A stretch of 64,000 nt of DNA from Callorhinchus milii (lineage: Eukaryota): assembly GCF_018977255.1 (NCBI RefSeq), contig NW_024704751.1, positions 6,386,001-6,450,000 on the forward strand, given 5' to 3'. Below are positions 30,462 through 43,174 of this stretch, piece after piece. The translations under genes were made by a program, and so were the position numbers. The notes below the pieces were generated by a model, which saw only the letters and a list, made by a program, of their open reading frames with translations, had not been told where the DNA came from and searched no databases. How positions within the stretch are numbered: the first letter of the stretch is position 1; each line of letters starts with the position of its first letter.

Positions 30462-33400
30462 TTACTTCAGGGTGCTGGCTGGCTGGTGGAAGGTGGTGAA
30501 GGAGTCTAGGTGATGGCTGTTAAACTGATGCTGGAGGTGTTCGGGGACGCAGGTCGAGCACTTATACTTCGCTTTGATCCGCTTCCCACCTTCGGTGTCC
30601 TCAATGCAGATTGTAGCGATGCCTAAAAGCCACAGGAGAGGGAGGGAGATGGGACGTTAAACTGAGCTCCATCGCCTGAGATGCTATTCGAAAGAGGAGG
30701 GAGTTTCTCTCACCCGGTGTCTTGGCTGACATTTGACGCAGCGCCTTATCACGGCGTTGAGACGTCTCGAAGCGCTTCACAGACTATATTGTCAAGTGGA
30801 TTGACTGGGTATTTTGTAGGTGAAACGCGGCAGCCAATTGCTCCAGTAGCGTCCCACAAACAGTCACGGAATCAGTGACCATATTTTTTTGGGGGGGAGG
30901 GATTACCCCCGGGAAACGATTCGCCAATCGACTTGACAACCAGGTTCCTACTTACTACCGGGCCAACGGAGGTGTGTGGAGTACAGAAACTTGCCTAAGG
31001 TTTCGCCCTGCCTGGGCGGGAATCGAACCCGGGTCCTCTCGCTTGCGAGGCGAGCGCTCTAACCGCTACGCCACGGGACTTCACTGTGGATTCGCGACGT
31101 GAATGAACCCCCTTTGGGACGTCCTAGATTGCATTGTTCCCGGCAGATTGCTCGGGGGTGTTGCGTGGGCGCTTCTAGCATGTGGCGTGCGTGGAAACGT
31201 GTACCTGCAATGGTTGCACCTTGTTGCTCCACCAGGCCGATCGCAGCCTCCATCGTGCCCCCGGTCTCCACCCACTGATCCACCATCAGCACCCGCGTAC
31301 CTGAAGCCGATCAAGAGTTTTACTTGCCCAGCGTCGCCTCGAGATGGGGGCGAGGTTCCGGGCGAAGGAAGCTCTCCGGCTCATCCGACCTCATCCCGGC
31401 CAGACACCCCGGCCCCCTCGCCCCTCCCCATCCTCCCCAATCACGCCAACCACACTTAAATACCGTAAACGAGCCCAAGCATTGTCACTCGCATGGGTTA
31501 TTGGTTGCTGCGTTAACTCGACTTGTGCCCACAGTGGAGCTGCGTTGGGTGTAATTTGCGGGATTTCTTATTAAGGAATCCGCACCCTCCCCCACCCCAC
31601 CCCCATCCACCACCTCTTCCCAGTGGGCGTGACGGACGTCTGAGAGGATCTTCCACCCCTTCTTCCCCCAACCCCACCCACCCCCATCCCCACCCCCACA
31701 TCCCCACTGGGTTGGCATCAAGCTGATTCCCTTATTGAGGATCCCCACTAAGATCAGACACCAAAATCGACACTGTTTTACGCAGGAAACACCAACCTGG
31801 TTTAATCACGTCAGTGCGCATTTCCAGAACTTTCCGCCGGCCCGTGTAGTCGGAGTAAGCCGCGCTCTGGGATTGGACGCACAGGTGACCTTCCTTCCGG
31901 ACGGTTACAAAGCCCTTGGCGAGCCGGTTGGCGATGCCGGCTCCTGCAGAACAGAGGGGCAGAGGGTGAGACTCTTCCCTCCCCACCACTGACAAATCCC
32001 CTGCTCTTGTCGCTGATTCTCACAGAGACAAAGAAGGTCACACGAGAGACCTTCAGGCGGCATTCGATCGCGTTCCTTCCATTTCACACCGACGGCAGCT
32101 TGCAACAATGCGCATTTATACAGCGCCCCTCACATGGGGTAGCATCTCAGAGCACTGAACAACACGGGGGATTTGACCCCCAAGCTGGGAGGGAGGGAGG
32201 GGAGGTCAAAGAAGAATATCTTCAAGTGGGATCTGAAGATGGCTAAAGAGGGGATGAGGCAGAGGAACTGAGACAAGGGAGTGCTTGAATCTTTGCATTT
32301 GATACAGAGCCTTATTACGCCTCAAAGTGTTTCACAGAATCCATTGGGAAGCGTAGGTTTCTGTGTAGGACTGTTGTGCCCAAATTGGCTGCTGCATATT
32401 GCCTACAATCGCACGGTAAATCTTATGAAGTTCTTTGCAATGTTCTCCCAGCCTGAAAGCCACAGTATCCAATGCAAGGATTCCTTTAACAAAAAAACTC
32501 ATGACTTGAACGTTAACCCGTAATCGCAGCCGTTCCGCGCTTAGGACAGCAACAACAACTTGCATTTATATTTATATAGCGCCGTGCACGAGGGGGGTGG
32601 GGGAAGGAGGTGACCGTAAGCAAGGTTAAAGACGAAAGATCTTCATTCGGGATCTAAAAGAGGGAAAGGAGGGGGGGGGGGTGCAAGGCGGGGGATTGGT
32701 GGGGGAGAGAGTTCCGAAACTTCGAGGCGCAATGGCTGAAAGATGGTCAAAAGGGGAAGAGAGGGAAAGCAACACAGGGTAAGCATTGTGCATCGCTTGA
32801 TCTCACTGCGGGCAGAACGGAAATTCCTCCCAGACAAATCTCTTGCCCAGGCTTCGCGATCGCACGTGGACTTTGGATCCAAATATAGACTTAAACAAAC
32901 CCCCTGCCGTGGCTGGCCTCAGTGAGCCACGCAAACCCAAAAATCAGTTTGCGATGAAATTACTAATTAACGAAAGAAACCTTTCGAGGGCGGCAGGCAG
33001 AGAAGTAAGAGTCTCTCGTTTGTTTTAATTTGATTTTCGGAACGAGACATAGTGGATCGGGGGGAGGAGGCATCCATATAAGCCCCTGAGGTTGTAAATC
33101 CTCAAAGAATTTTAATATTGAACGGACGCAACAAATTTGCTGAGCAGGCAAGGAGGCGATCTTTAAATCCAGGAGAGGGGGAGGCGGGGAAGGCGAAGAA
33201 ATAAGAACGAGTTGAGGGGACGTGAGGTGAGAGGCGTTAACGGCAGCTTACGTTTCCACAGCGCATTTCACAGCAAAGCACTTGGTGGGACATTAGGCAT
33301 TTGGAAATCAAGCGGATGTTGTCTCCCTGTTATCCATCTGATAAAATGAGCTCTTCACTTTGTGGCCGCGCGCAATCGGCTGCCGCATTTCGCCCACAAA

Positions 33401-34810
33401 ATATACAGTCAATTCACTTCACAGTGTCTCCCGTGAAGCGCTTTGAGACGGCTCGAAGACGTGATAAGGCGCTGTATCAAACGCAAGGATTATTATTATG
33501 TCGCTGTGCACAAATTGACGACCGCATTGCCCTAAAAAAGACACACAGACGCTTGCACATCACCAGCAGTTCCACCCCCCACCACCACCACCCACCCACC
33601 CCCCTCCACACCTTGTGAAGCGCTGTGAGAAATTTTTTCCTCTGGTGGGGAAATCCAGTGCAAGCGGGCATCATCTTAAAATTAGAGCTAAGCCATTTTA
33701 GGAGTGAAACCAGGAAGCATTTTCTCATGCAAAGGGCAGTGGAAATCTGGAACTCTCTCTCTCGCCCTCCCTCCCTCCCTCCCTCCCTCCAAAAGGGCTG
33801 TGGAAGTTGGATCCATTCAAATTCTCGAGACTGAGGTGGATGGATTTGCGTTAGGTCAGGGTAGGAAGGGCTATGGGGCAAAGACGTGTAATTGGAGTTG
33901 ATGTACAGATCAGCCGTGGTCTAATGGAATGGCGGAAAAGGCTCGAGGGGCTGAATGGCCCACTCTTGTTCCTATGGAATGTCTTGTTCTGATTGTTACC
34001 CAGAATGAAGCCCATCGCGTCAATGCCAGCCACCAGGTCAACGGGGTCGTTCAGGAAAGGCTGCGCCAGGTCCTCAATGCAATCCTTCAAAGCCTCAAAA
34101 AAAAGAAAAAAACTTCTTCAAACCAACTTAATCCGGAGCGTTCCCCCCAACACGGTACTGGAGTGACTGGTGGTGGCCAGTCAGTCGGCCAACAAAACAG
34201 ATGTTTCTTGATTGAGTATTTCTTGATTTACGGCATAAATCAGTGTTGTTTTGTTATTTCTAGCATTATTTTGTCAGCCAACCAAAAGGTGGGTGTTTAC
34301 TACCCGAACTCTTGGTTTAATAAACGATCTGCAATTCAATTTGCGGAAACGTCTCAAAAAAGTGATAGGGCGCTATCTCAAATGCAAGGATTAATACTAT
34401 TATTATTATTAAATGCATTAAAATGTACGATAAATACCGATTTATTATAATAATTATTATTATATCACACACAAAGGATACAGTCAATTCGATTTACAGT
34501 ATATTCTGTGAAGCGCTTTGAGACGTCTCTCGAAGACATGATAAGGCGCTGTATCAAACGCAAGGAATGTTATTATTATTTATTTTATTATTATTTATTA
34601 AATTAAAAAAATGTTTGTTAAACACCAGGAAGTCCGACTAGCTGACAATGTCAGCTCTTGTCTGGCGAACGGCAAGGTTTTAGTTACCTGTTGATTACAG
34701 TACAGTCGGGATGGGTCAAGCCAGGCATACATCGGGCCCTTTATATTGGGGGGCATGAGAGCCAAATACCATCCCTCTCCACGGGTCTGTGGGATCGACG
34801 TCACATCCAT
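30462..34810 (-). CDS. Adenine phosphoribosyltransferase-like type I PRTase, 206 aa, not the canonical APRT. Exons 34810-34688, 34093-34000, 31943-31797, 31300-31205, 30622-30462.
   Basis: MDVTSIPQTRGEGWYLALMPPNIKGPMYAWLDPSRLYCNQQ / ALKDCIEDL..DLVAGIDAMGFILG / AGIANRLAKGFVTVRKEGHL..YSDYTGRRKVLEMRTDVIKPG / TRVLMVDQWVETGGTMEAAIGLVEQQGATIAG / IATICIED..LK*. GT-AG junctions give 621 nt in frame. Confidence 0.93.
30730..31080 (-). mobile_element. tRNA-derived SINE (related subfamily)
   Basis: Same head, core and tail architecture. Similar copies at 35225-35572 (+), 38930-39250 (-), 49550-49870 (-) and 60349-60705 (+). Confidence 0.8.
33630..33975 (+). mobile_element. CR1-type LINE 3' end fragment
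   Basis: FRSETRKHFLMQRAVEIWNSL, followed by the ctcgaggggctgaatggcc tail. Confidence 0.8.
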
Positions 34811-37800
34811 GCTAGAGGGGCCAGAAGGAGAGAGGAGAGCGGAGAGGAAAGAAGAAGAGGGTTTGTGAAAAAAAGTTCCATCCAACACAAAGCAGAAATT
34901 CCTACACACGTTTCTCTGGAAATCCATCCTGGGATCCCTCCCTCCGACTCACTCCCTCCTCACCTCACCTCGTTCAAGGACCATCTAAAAGACCTTTTTC
35001 ATTGCCGCGCCTTAAGAACGCCAGCGACACCCGGCTCAAGAGTTATTTCTTAATCTGGAGTCAACTACAGAAATAGTCTGGCTCCACCCACGAAAACTGA
35101 GAAGACGACTGCTCTCTGGTCAAGCGCTATTAAAAGCCCAGCAAGGAGTCTTGCACTGATGGGAGTTTTACAGAAGCCCCAAAATTCCACCCGCTCTTAG
35201 CCGACAAGCCCATCGTTTTGGTTTCCAGTAGCGTAGTGGTTGGCGCGCTCGCCTGGCAAACAAGTGGACCCGGGTCTCGATTCCCGGGCGGGGCGAAACC
35301 TTAGGCAAATTTCCTCAATCCTCACGTCTGTGTTCCTAGCAGCAAGTAGGAACCCGATTGTTAGTCGATCGGTGGAAGTAATAATCCCTTGGGCAAAAAA
35401 TTTGGCCGCTCAATCCACGACTGTTTTGCGGGACGTGGCTGTGCGCATTTGGCTGCCGCGTTTGGCCCACAAAATCCACGGTAAATCCACTTTACAATAT
35501 GTTCTGTGAAGAGCTTTGAGGCATCTCAACAGCGCGATCAGGCGCTACGTGAAATGCAAGGATTATTATTATTTGAGATCAATTCTCTGGTGGATAAAAA
35601 TAATCATTAAAACTCCAGTGCGATCACCTTCTTTTTGGTCGTGGATCGGCCACTCCGCTCCGCTCACTTCTCTGAGACTCCGAAGAACTTTTTCCCGAAT
35701 GAATATGTTTGAATTGCAACTTTTTTGTCCCTTCTCGCTTCTGAATTGGGTGGACTTTGCCCCCTCTCCCCCCTCCCCCTCCAGGCTACCTCCCCCATCC
35801 CCCTTCCCCCCACCCCCCCCTCCCCGCTGTATTATCAGTCTGTGAGCTACTGTCACAAGCGACAATGGTAAACCAATTAACCTTTGCCTCCAGAATATAG
35901 GTACCAGCTCAGTCGGTAGTACTCTCACTTCTGAGTCAAGAGGTTTTGTGGGTTCAAGCCCCCATTTTGGGACCTTGGACTCATTCAGCCTTAGGCTGAT
36001 GCTCTCGTGCAGCGCTCCATTGATGGAGCTTCAGACGTGCTTCAGACGAGACGTTAAAGTGATAACAATTACAATAATGATGATAATAATCCTCGCATTC
36101 GATAAACCGTCTTATCACATCGTCGAGACACATCAAAGCGCTTCACTGGATATACGGTAAAGTGGAGCGACTGTGTATTTTGTGGGCCAAATGTGGCAGC
36201 CAATTGGACACAGTAACGTCCCATAAACCGTCGTGGATTGAGTGACCAATTTTATTTGGGGGATTGTTGACCAGGACACCAGGAGAGAGAGAAACTCCCT
36301 TCTCTTTCCGAATAGTATTACAGGATCTTTAACGTCCACCTGAACAGGCAGATGGGACCTCGGTTCAATGTCTTACTCTACGTGAGTGCAAGTTGTTGCT
36401 TTGTGGGAGTTTAAAAAAAGGGGCGTTTATTTCTTTTCGCCTTCAATGTAAATTGTCGATTGTGATGATGAAGAGGGGGTGGGGGGGCGGTAGGTGGGGG
36501 GAGACGTACGAAACACTAACACTAGATGGTGCTGCATTAAAGCAGCTTCACAGAGCCACGGACTGTGAACCAGAGGATGCAGTCGACGACTTTCAGGAGC
36601 AGTTGACAAAGTTACGATCACAAAAGAGGTTTGGATGAAGAAGTCCCTTTGCCACTCTGCCCCCACCCTCTGGAACTCCATCCCGCAGTCCCTCCGCCTC
36701 ACCCCCTCTCTTGCCTCCTTCAAGACCCATCTCAAGACCCTCCTCTTCGACCGTGCTTTCCATCATCCTGCTTCCCCCCCACCCCACCCTGCCCTTCACA
36801 TTTCCTGATCCCGACCCCTCAGCTTGGGTCAGAAACTGTGACCCAGCGCCTTGGGACAGGCGCTATACAAATGTAATTTAGTTGTTATTATTGTTGTTGT
36901 CCACTGTGACGGACAAGCTTAAACTAGGATACGGGGCGGTGATTGGGTATTATCGCTGTTACGCATCAGGAAGGAAGGGCTCCTTTCCCGGTTCCAGTTG
37001 TTAATTACCCTCTGAGTAATAATAATAATAATAATAATCCTTGCATTTGATATAGCGCTTTTTCACGTCGGGAGGACGTCCCAAAGCGCTTCACAGAATA
37101 TACTGTAAAGTGAGTTGACTGTATATTTTGTGGGCGAACGCGGCAGCCAATTGCGCACAGCAATGTCCCACAAACAGTCATAGATTGAAAATGACCAATT
37201 TAATTATTGTTTTTTTTTTTTTTTTTTGGAGGGATTATTATTAGGCGTGTGGAGTAAGGAAACTTGCCCAAGGTTTCGCCTTCTGCTGAGTAATCGCTTC
37301 CTGGTGCCTGTCCTGAAACTGCCCCCTTCGGACCCTGAACCCGTGCCCCCGTTTGGTTTTAGCGCCTTATCATGTCGTTGAGAGGTCTCAAAGAGCTTCC
37401 CAGGATTTACCGCAAAGTGGATTTTCCGTGTATTTTGGGGGCAAAACGAGGCAGCCAGTCGTGTACAGCAGTGTGTCACGGACAGTCATGGATTGAGTGA
37501 CCGATTTTACTTGGGGGGGTGGTTGGCCAGGACGCTGGGTGGTAGAAACGCCGTTAGACTCTTTTCGAATAGCGCCGCGGGATTTTTAACGCCCACCTGA
37601 ACAGGCAGACGGGGAACTCGGTTTAACGTCTCATCCGAAACGAACCGTGAGACTTGAACCCACGGGAATCCTCTGACATTTGGACCCAAGAAGTGGCCCC
37701 AAGACTGGGTCAAGCTTGTGTGATAATCTTCCGACACTGTTGCACACTGACACCGTTAGGATCAGGAGACCCTGTGTGGTGCGATGAATGCAGGGAGGCG

Positions 37801-40800
37801 TGCTACACAGTATTAAGCCTACGGGTTAGAGTGGGGCCCACGAGAGGGTTTTTTTGGTGAAAATAATAAACTGGTGTTTAACAAGGTCGAAAACATTCCT
37901 TCCACCCCCCCCCCCCCCCACCACTACTCTCCCCACCTCCACACGCACACATCACACACCCTCTCCGCTCCCCTCACGGATTGTGCTCAAATTCGTGCCA
38001 TTTCAGAGTCGCAAAATCTATCTTTTGTAGGTTTTCTTCACACGGAACAAGGGACAAAACTGAGGACAGGGAGTCCAGTCGACTGACCAACCACTCTGGT
38101 GTGTGGTTTTATTATAATAATAATAATAATAATAATCATCCTTGCATTTGATATAGCACCTTATTACATCTTATTGAGACATCTCAAAGCGCTTCACACA
38201 GAATTCACTGTCAAGGTGGTTTGACTGTATCTTGTGGGCGAAACACAAACTATAGAGTCAATTCACTTTACAGTAAATTCTGTGAAGCGCTTTGGTTTTG
38301 CACCGAAAAGGCTAAGAGACAGCGGCGATTAAAGTAACGGATCCGTGGGGATTTTTTCTTTCCCCTCCTCTCGCTTCATAAATAGGATCATTTCTTCAGG
38401 TGTGCAAGAGTTTTTTTTTCTTTTCTAATTAACTGGCTGATCGGACCTGCCTTACAACCCTCCCCTCTTCCCCCCACCCTCCCCTCTCCCCCCCCCACCC
38501 ACCCCCTCTTTCCCCACCCCCAGAATTCACAGGGCATTGACTCCTAAACGCAAACCTCGACCACTTAGCTCAGGTTAAAATGTAAGAACCTCTTCCCCGT
38601 ATCGTTATGGCATTAAATCAAAGCTCCGACACTGCACTCTGGAGGCAGAACAATGCGTTCTATGTCTAAAAGCTCTCTTTATATCCCTTGCGCCCTTCAC
38701 TCCCTCCGACCCTCCCTCCTTCAGAGTATCAGCACTCTCTCCTCTGAGTCAGATGGTTGTGGGTTCAAGCCCCACTTAAGGACTAAGCTGACGCTCCAGT
38801 GCAGTGCTGGGGTCTCGTCTGCCTGTTCATGTGGACGTTAAAGATGACACTGTTCGTTAAACGTTACACTGTTCGAAAGGAGAAGGGAGTTTCTCTCTCT
38901 CTATGTCCTGGCCAACAATCCCCCGAATAAAATTATTCCTTGCATTTGATACAGCGCCTTACCATGTTGTTGCGACGTCTCAAAGCGCTTCACAGGATAC
39001 ACTGTAAAGTGGAGTGACTGTGTATTTTGTGGGTGAAACGCGGCAGCCAACTGCGCCTGGCAGTGTCACCACAAACAGTCGTGGATTGAGTGACACAATC
39101 GATTAACAACCGGGTTCCTACTTACTGCTAGGAAAACAGAGACGTGAGCAGTAAGGAAACTTGCCGGAGGTTTCGCCCTGCCCTGGAATCAAACCCGGGT
39201 GCTCTCGCTTGCGAGGTGAGGGCTCTAACCACTGCGCTACAGGACTCCACATTTCTCCCCTTCCTGCAGCGCGCGCCCCCCCCCACCCCCTCGATGAAAC
39301 CGCTCCTTAGCACTCAACGCAAAGTGGGTTTGATACAGCCAGACTCCCTCTCTTTCCTCCCACATTCAATGCAAGTGAAGCAGCAACGACTCGCTCAGTG
39401 CTGGCTGGTTCAGCCGTGAACGAGCCCCACTTGCTGTGAGATGCTCCTCGGCTCTTGCAGACGCCAGGAGCACAGCTGCGAGGTGCTGGAATCATGGTCA
39501 CAGCTGCTATTAGCAGGGCGTTAACCGCAAGTAACCCCTCTCTCCCGCCTGAGACCTGCTTTGTGAACAGTAGAGAAAGGAGTCTGGAGCTCTGTGACCG
39601 CAAGTTACCCTGCATTCCACAGCACAGAGCAAGGCTGGAGAGAGAGCACCAGCAAACCTCTCCCGATGGGATTGCATTCACATTCACATACACATACATA
39701 TCTACGTGCATTTGTACGCGTGTATGTACACATGCACACGCGTAAAATAAACGCATGTAAAAAAATAATAATAATAATAATAATAATGCGGTCACTCAAT
39801 CCACGACTGTGTGTGGGACACTCACCGCTGTGCGCAATCGGCCGCCGCGTTTCACCCACAACACATACATTCAATTCGCTTTACAGTACATTCTGCGAAG
39901 CGCTTTGAGACGTCTCGAAGACGTGACAAGACGCTGGATCAAACATAAGGGTTATTATTGTTATTTACAGCGTGTATGCGTGTGTTTGTGTGTGTGTGTT
40001 TCTGTGTGTATTTATGTGTATGTGTAATATATGTTTTATAACACATATATGTTTATGTAATGTATAATGTTTATATACGTGTATGTATATCTATCTATAC
40101 CGTGTATGTATAGATAGCTGTGTGTATGTGCTTCAGGCATACAGGGAGTTTTAGAAAACGTTAAAAGTTTTCGCCAACTTTCTTCCTGCAAGAAAGTTTG
40201 TGGAGTGTCGATTTCACGATCAAAGGGGATTTTTTTTTTGGTGGCTGTTACAAGGTGGGGGGATTGTGGGGGGATTGTGGGGGGATAGGGAGAAATGTGG
40301 GCATGAATAATCTGAAACACTTGTCGAACGTGAAATGCAATCTAGAATGGGCTGAGTATTGAGCATTTTAAGGCGAATGCATGCATTTTAATCTAGATTT
40401 AATTTCATTTTACATCTAATTTTAATTTTAGATTTAACTTAATTCTAAACCTAGAGTGAGTTGAGCATTGAGTATTGAAATTTTAGGTTAACCCATGAAG
40501 ACTCTCACACACAGACACAGACAAAACAACAGGATAAAGTGTGTGTTTTTTAATCACAAGTTTAGAAAGATCTAAAGGTTCATTTGTGTGTTTTTGTTCC
40601 TTTAAACAGAAGTGTTAAATGCCTCATTGCTCTCTCTCTCTCTCTCTCTTCTGTTTTTTTGTTTCTGGGAGTGAGTTAAAAGGATCGATTAAGTCTTTAT
40701 TTCCTTCCCTCTCTCTTTCTCTCTCTTACTCCCTATTTTTCACACTCACTCCCTCCCTCTCTCTCACTCTCTCACACACACACACAAACTTATTCTCTCA

Positions 40801-43174
40801 TTCTTTTATTTCCTTCCCCCTCTCTCTCTTACACACACCCCATCTTTCACAAGCTCTCTCTTTCTCTTTCATCCCTCTCTTTCACACACACTCTCTTACA
40901 GTCCTTTATTTCCTTCTCTCTCTCTCTCACACATACATATCCCTCTCTTTCATTCACTCTCTTTCTCACAGTTGTTCTCACACACTCCCTCCCTCCCCCT
41001 CTCTCTCTCTCTCTCTCCCTTGAGGGCATTCCAACCCCACTTTTCATGCAGAGTTGGTGGAGCTGAATTTACATCCATCCATCCATCCATCAGGTGATGG
41101 GAGAGAAAGCTCTGGGATTAGAAGGTCGAACTTGCCAAGAACAATTTGATTGATGCAATCTCCTCCCCCCCTCTCTTCCCCTCCCCATCCCCTGGGGGTG
41201 GGGGGGGAAGAGTAGAACATCGCCTGTTAACTCGGATGATTTTACATCAGTCGACTTTCTCCATTCACCACTGATGTAGTTAACGTTTTTATAGGCTGTG
41301 AGCAGGACAAAGAGATCTGGGGTAAAGTCACTGGGAATGGCTAAACCATCTTGAACAATGACTCTCAGATAGACTTGCTACGAGCACTTTGATAATTCTG
41401 TTTGCGAACGTCTTCGGAGAAGAGGAGGAAGGAGGGAGGGAGGAGGGAGGAGGGAGGAAAGGGGAAACGTGCGAATGATTAATTGGTTGAAGTTAGGTAT
41501 GTGCCCTTTGTGTGTGTCCTGTAATTGCGGAGGGAGAGAAAGAGGGAGAACAATTCTTTCCTAAAATAAAAATAATAATGAATAATAATAATCCTTGCAT
41601 TTGATATAACGCTTTATCACGTCGGTGAGATGTCTCAAAGGGCTTTACAGAATGTACTGTAGAGTGGACTGGCCGTGCATTTAAGAACATATAAGAACAT
41701 ACGAAATCCTGGACGAAAAAAGACCAAGGTCTATCTAGTTTGCCTTCCACCTTCTTGGTGGTCGCATGCAATATAATATCCATGCAATATAAGGTGACCA
41801 TAAGCACGGTTGAAAAGGAAGGTCTTCAGGCGCTATCTGAAAAAGGGGAAAGTGGGGGCAAGGTGTACGCATTGAGGGAGAGCGTTCCAGAGTTTCGGGA
41901 CGTAGCGGCTGAAAGCATGGTGGGGCGGAGGCGATAGGGCATCGCAAAGCTCAACAAGGTGGTCCGGACTGTAACAAAGGCGCTGTAAAACAAATGCAAA
42001 GGTTAGCAACTGCAAATAAACCAGCAAATAAAATTCCGAGGAGAGCCCTGGCTATGTTTGAAAAACTTTTTAAACATAGCCTTTCAGAATATTGCATGAA
42101 AGCAAATAAAGTTATCTGAGCTCTCCTCAAACAGAAGCATTTTTTGAATTGAGGATTTGATATATATATATATATGTGAATATATATATACACACACACA
42201 GACAGAACCCCCCACCCCCCCACACACACACACACACTTTCATGTGGGAAACTATATGGAGGACACGTTTTAACACGTTCAACTATTTCAACAGGTTTTG
42301 TTTATGAACACATGGAGCGTTGAAGTACAGTTTGTCTGAATGTTCAATGTTCTCACGCTTACATTTATTCCCAGAGAGAGGGAGGGAGGGAGGGAGGGAG
42401 GATTGGAGGAGGAGAGAGAGAAAGACGGACAGGACAGACAGAAAACCCACACCACAATGCAGCCCTCAGAAGTTTGGGATAAATCTAAGAAACAAGAACT
42501 TAACGCTGATCGGTCCTTAAACATCATCCGATGTGGGATCGCCAAGGAAACCACTTCATTAACACTCCTCCCTCCCCCTTTTCGAGAGAGAAAACACACA
42601 CACACACACACACAAGTCTCCTGTCACTCTGCTGGATTCACAGTGGNNNNNNNNNNNNNNNNNNNNNNNNNNNNNNNNNNNNNNNNNNNNNNNNNNNNNN
42701 NNNNNNNNNNNNNNNNNNNNNNNNNNNNNNNNNNNNNNNNNNNNNNNNNNNNNNNNNNNNNNNNNNNNNNNNNNNNNNNNNNNNNNNNNNNNNNNNNNNN
42801 NNNNNNNNNNNNNNNNNNNNNNNNNNNNNNNNNNNNNNNNNNNNNNNNNNNNNNNNNNNNNNNNNNNNNNNNNNNNNNNNNNNNNNNNNNNNNNNNNNNN
42901 NNNNNNNNNNNNNNNNNNNNNNNNNNNNNNNNNNNNNNNNNNNNNNNNNNNNNNNNNNNNNNNNNNNNNNACTTGCGGTCAGAGTTGAGGGTAATTGTCA
43001 GGGGTGGGGGGTTAAGAGAGGGAGAGGTACCTTCTTAACGAGGCGAGTGTTTGGAGCTGAGCTCCAGGGGGGTGGTGGGGTGGGGGGGGGGGGGGGAGAA
43101 GGGAAAGGGAGGCAAATAGTAGGCGCTGTCCCTCGGGTTGTGGTGCTGAAAACTGGTGGCGAACCCAGCTGGAG

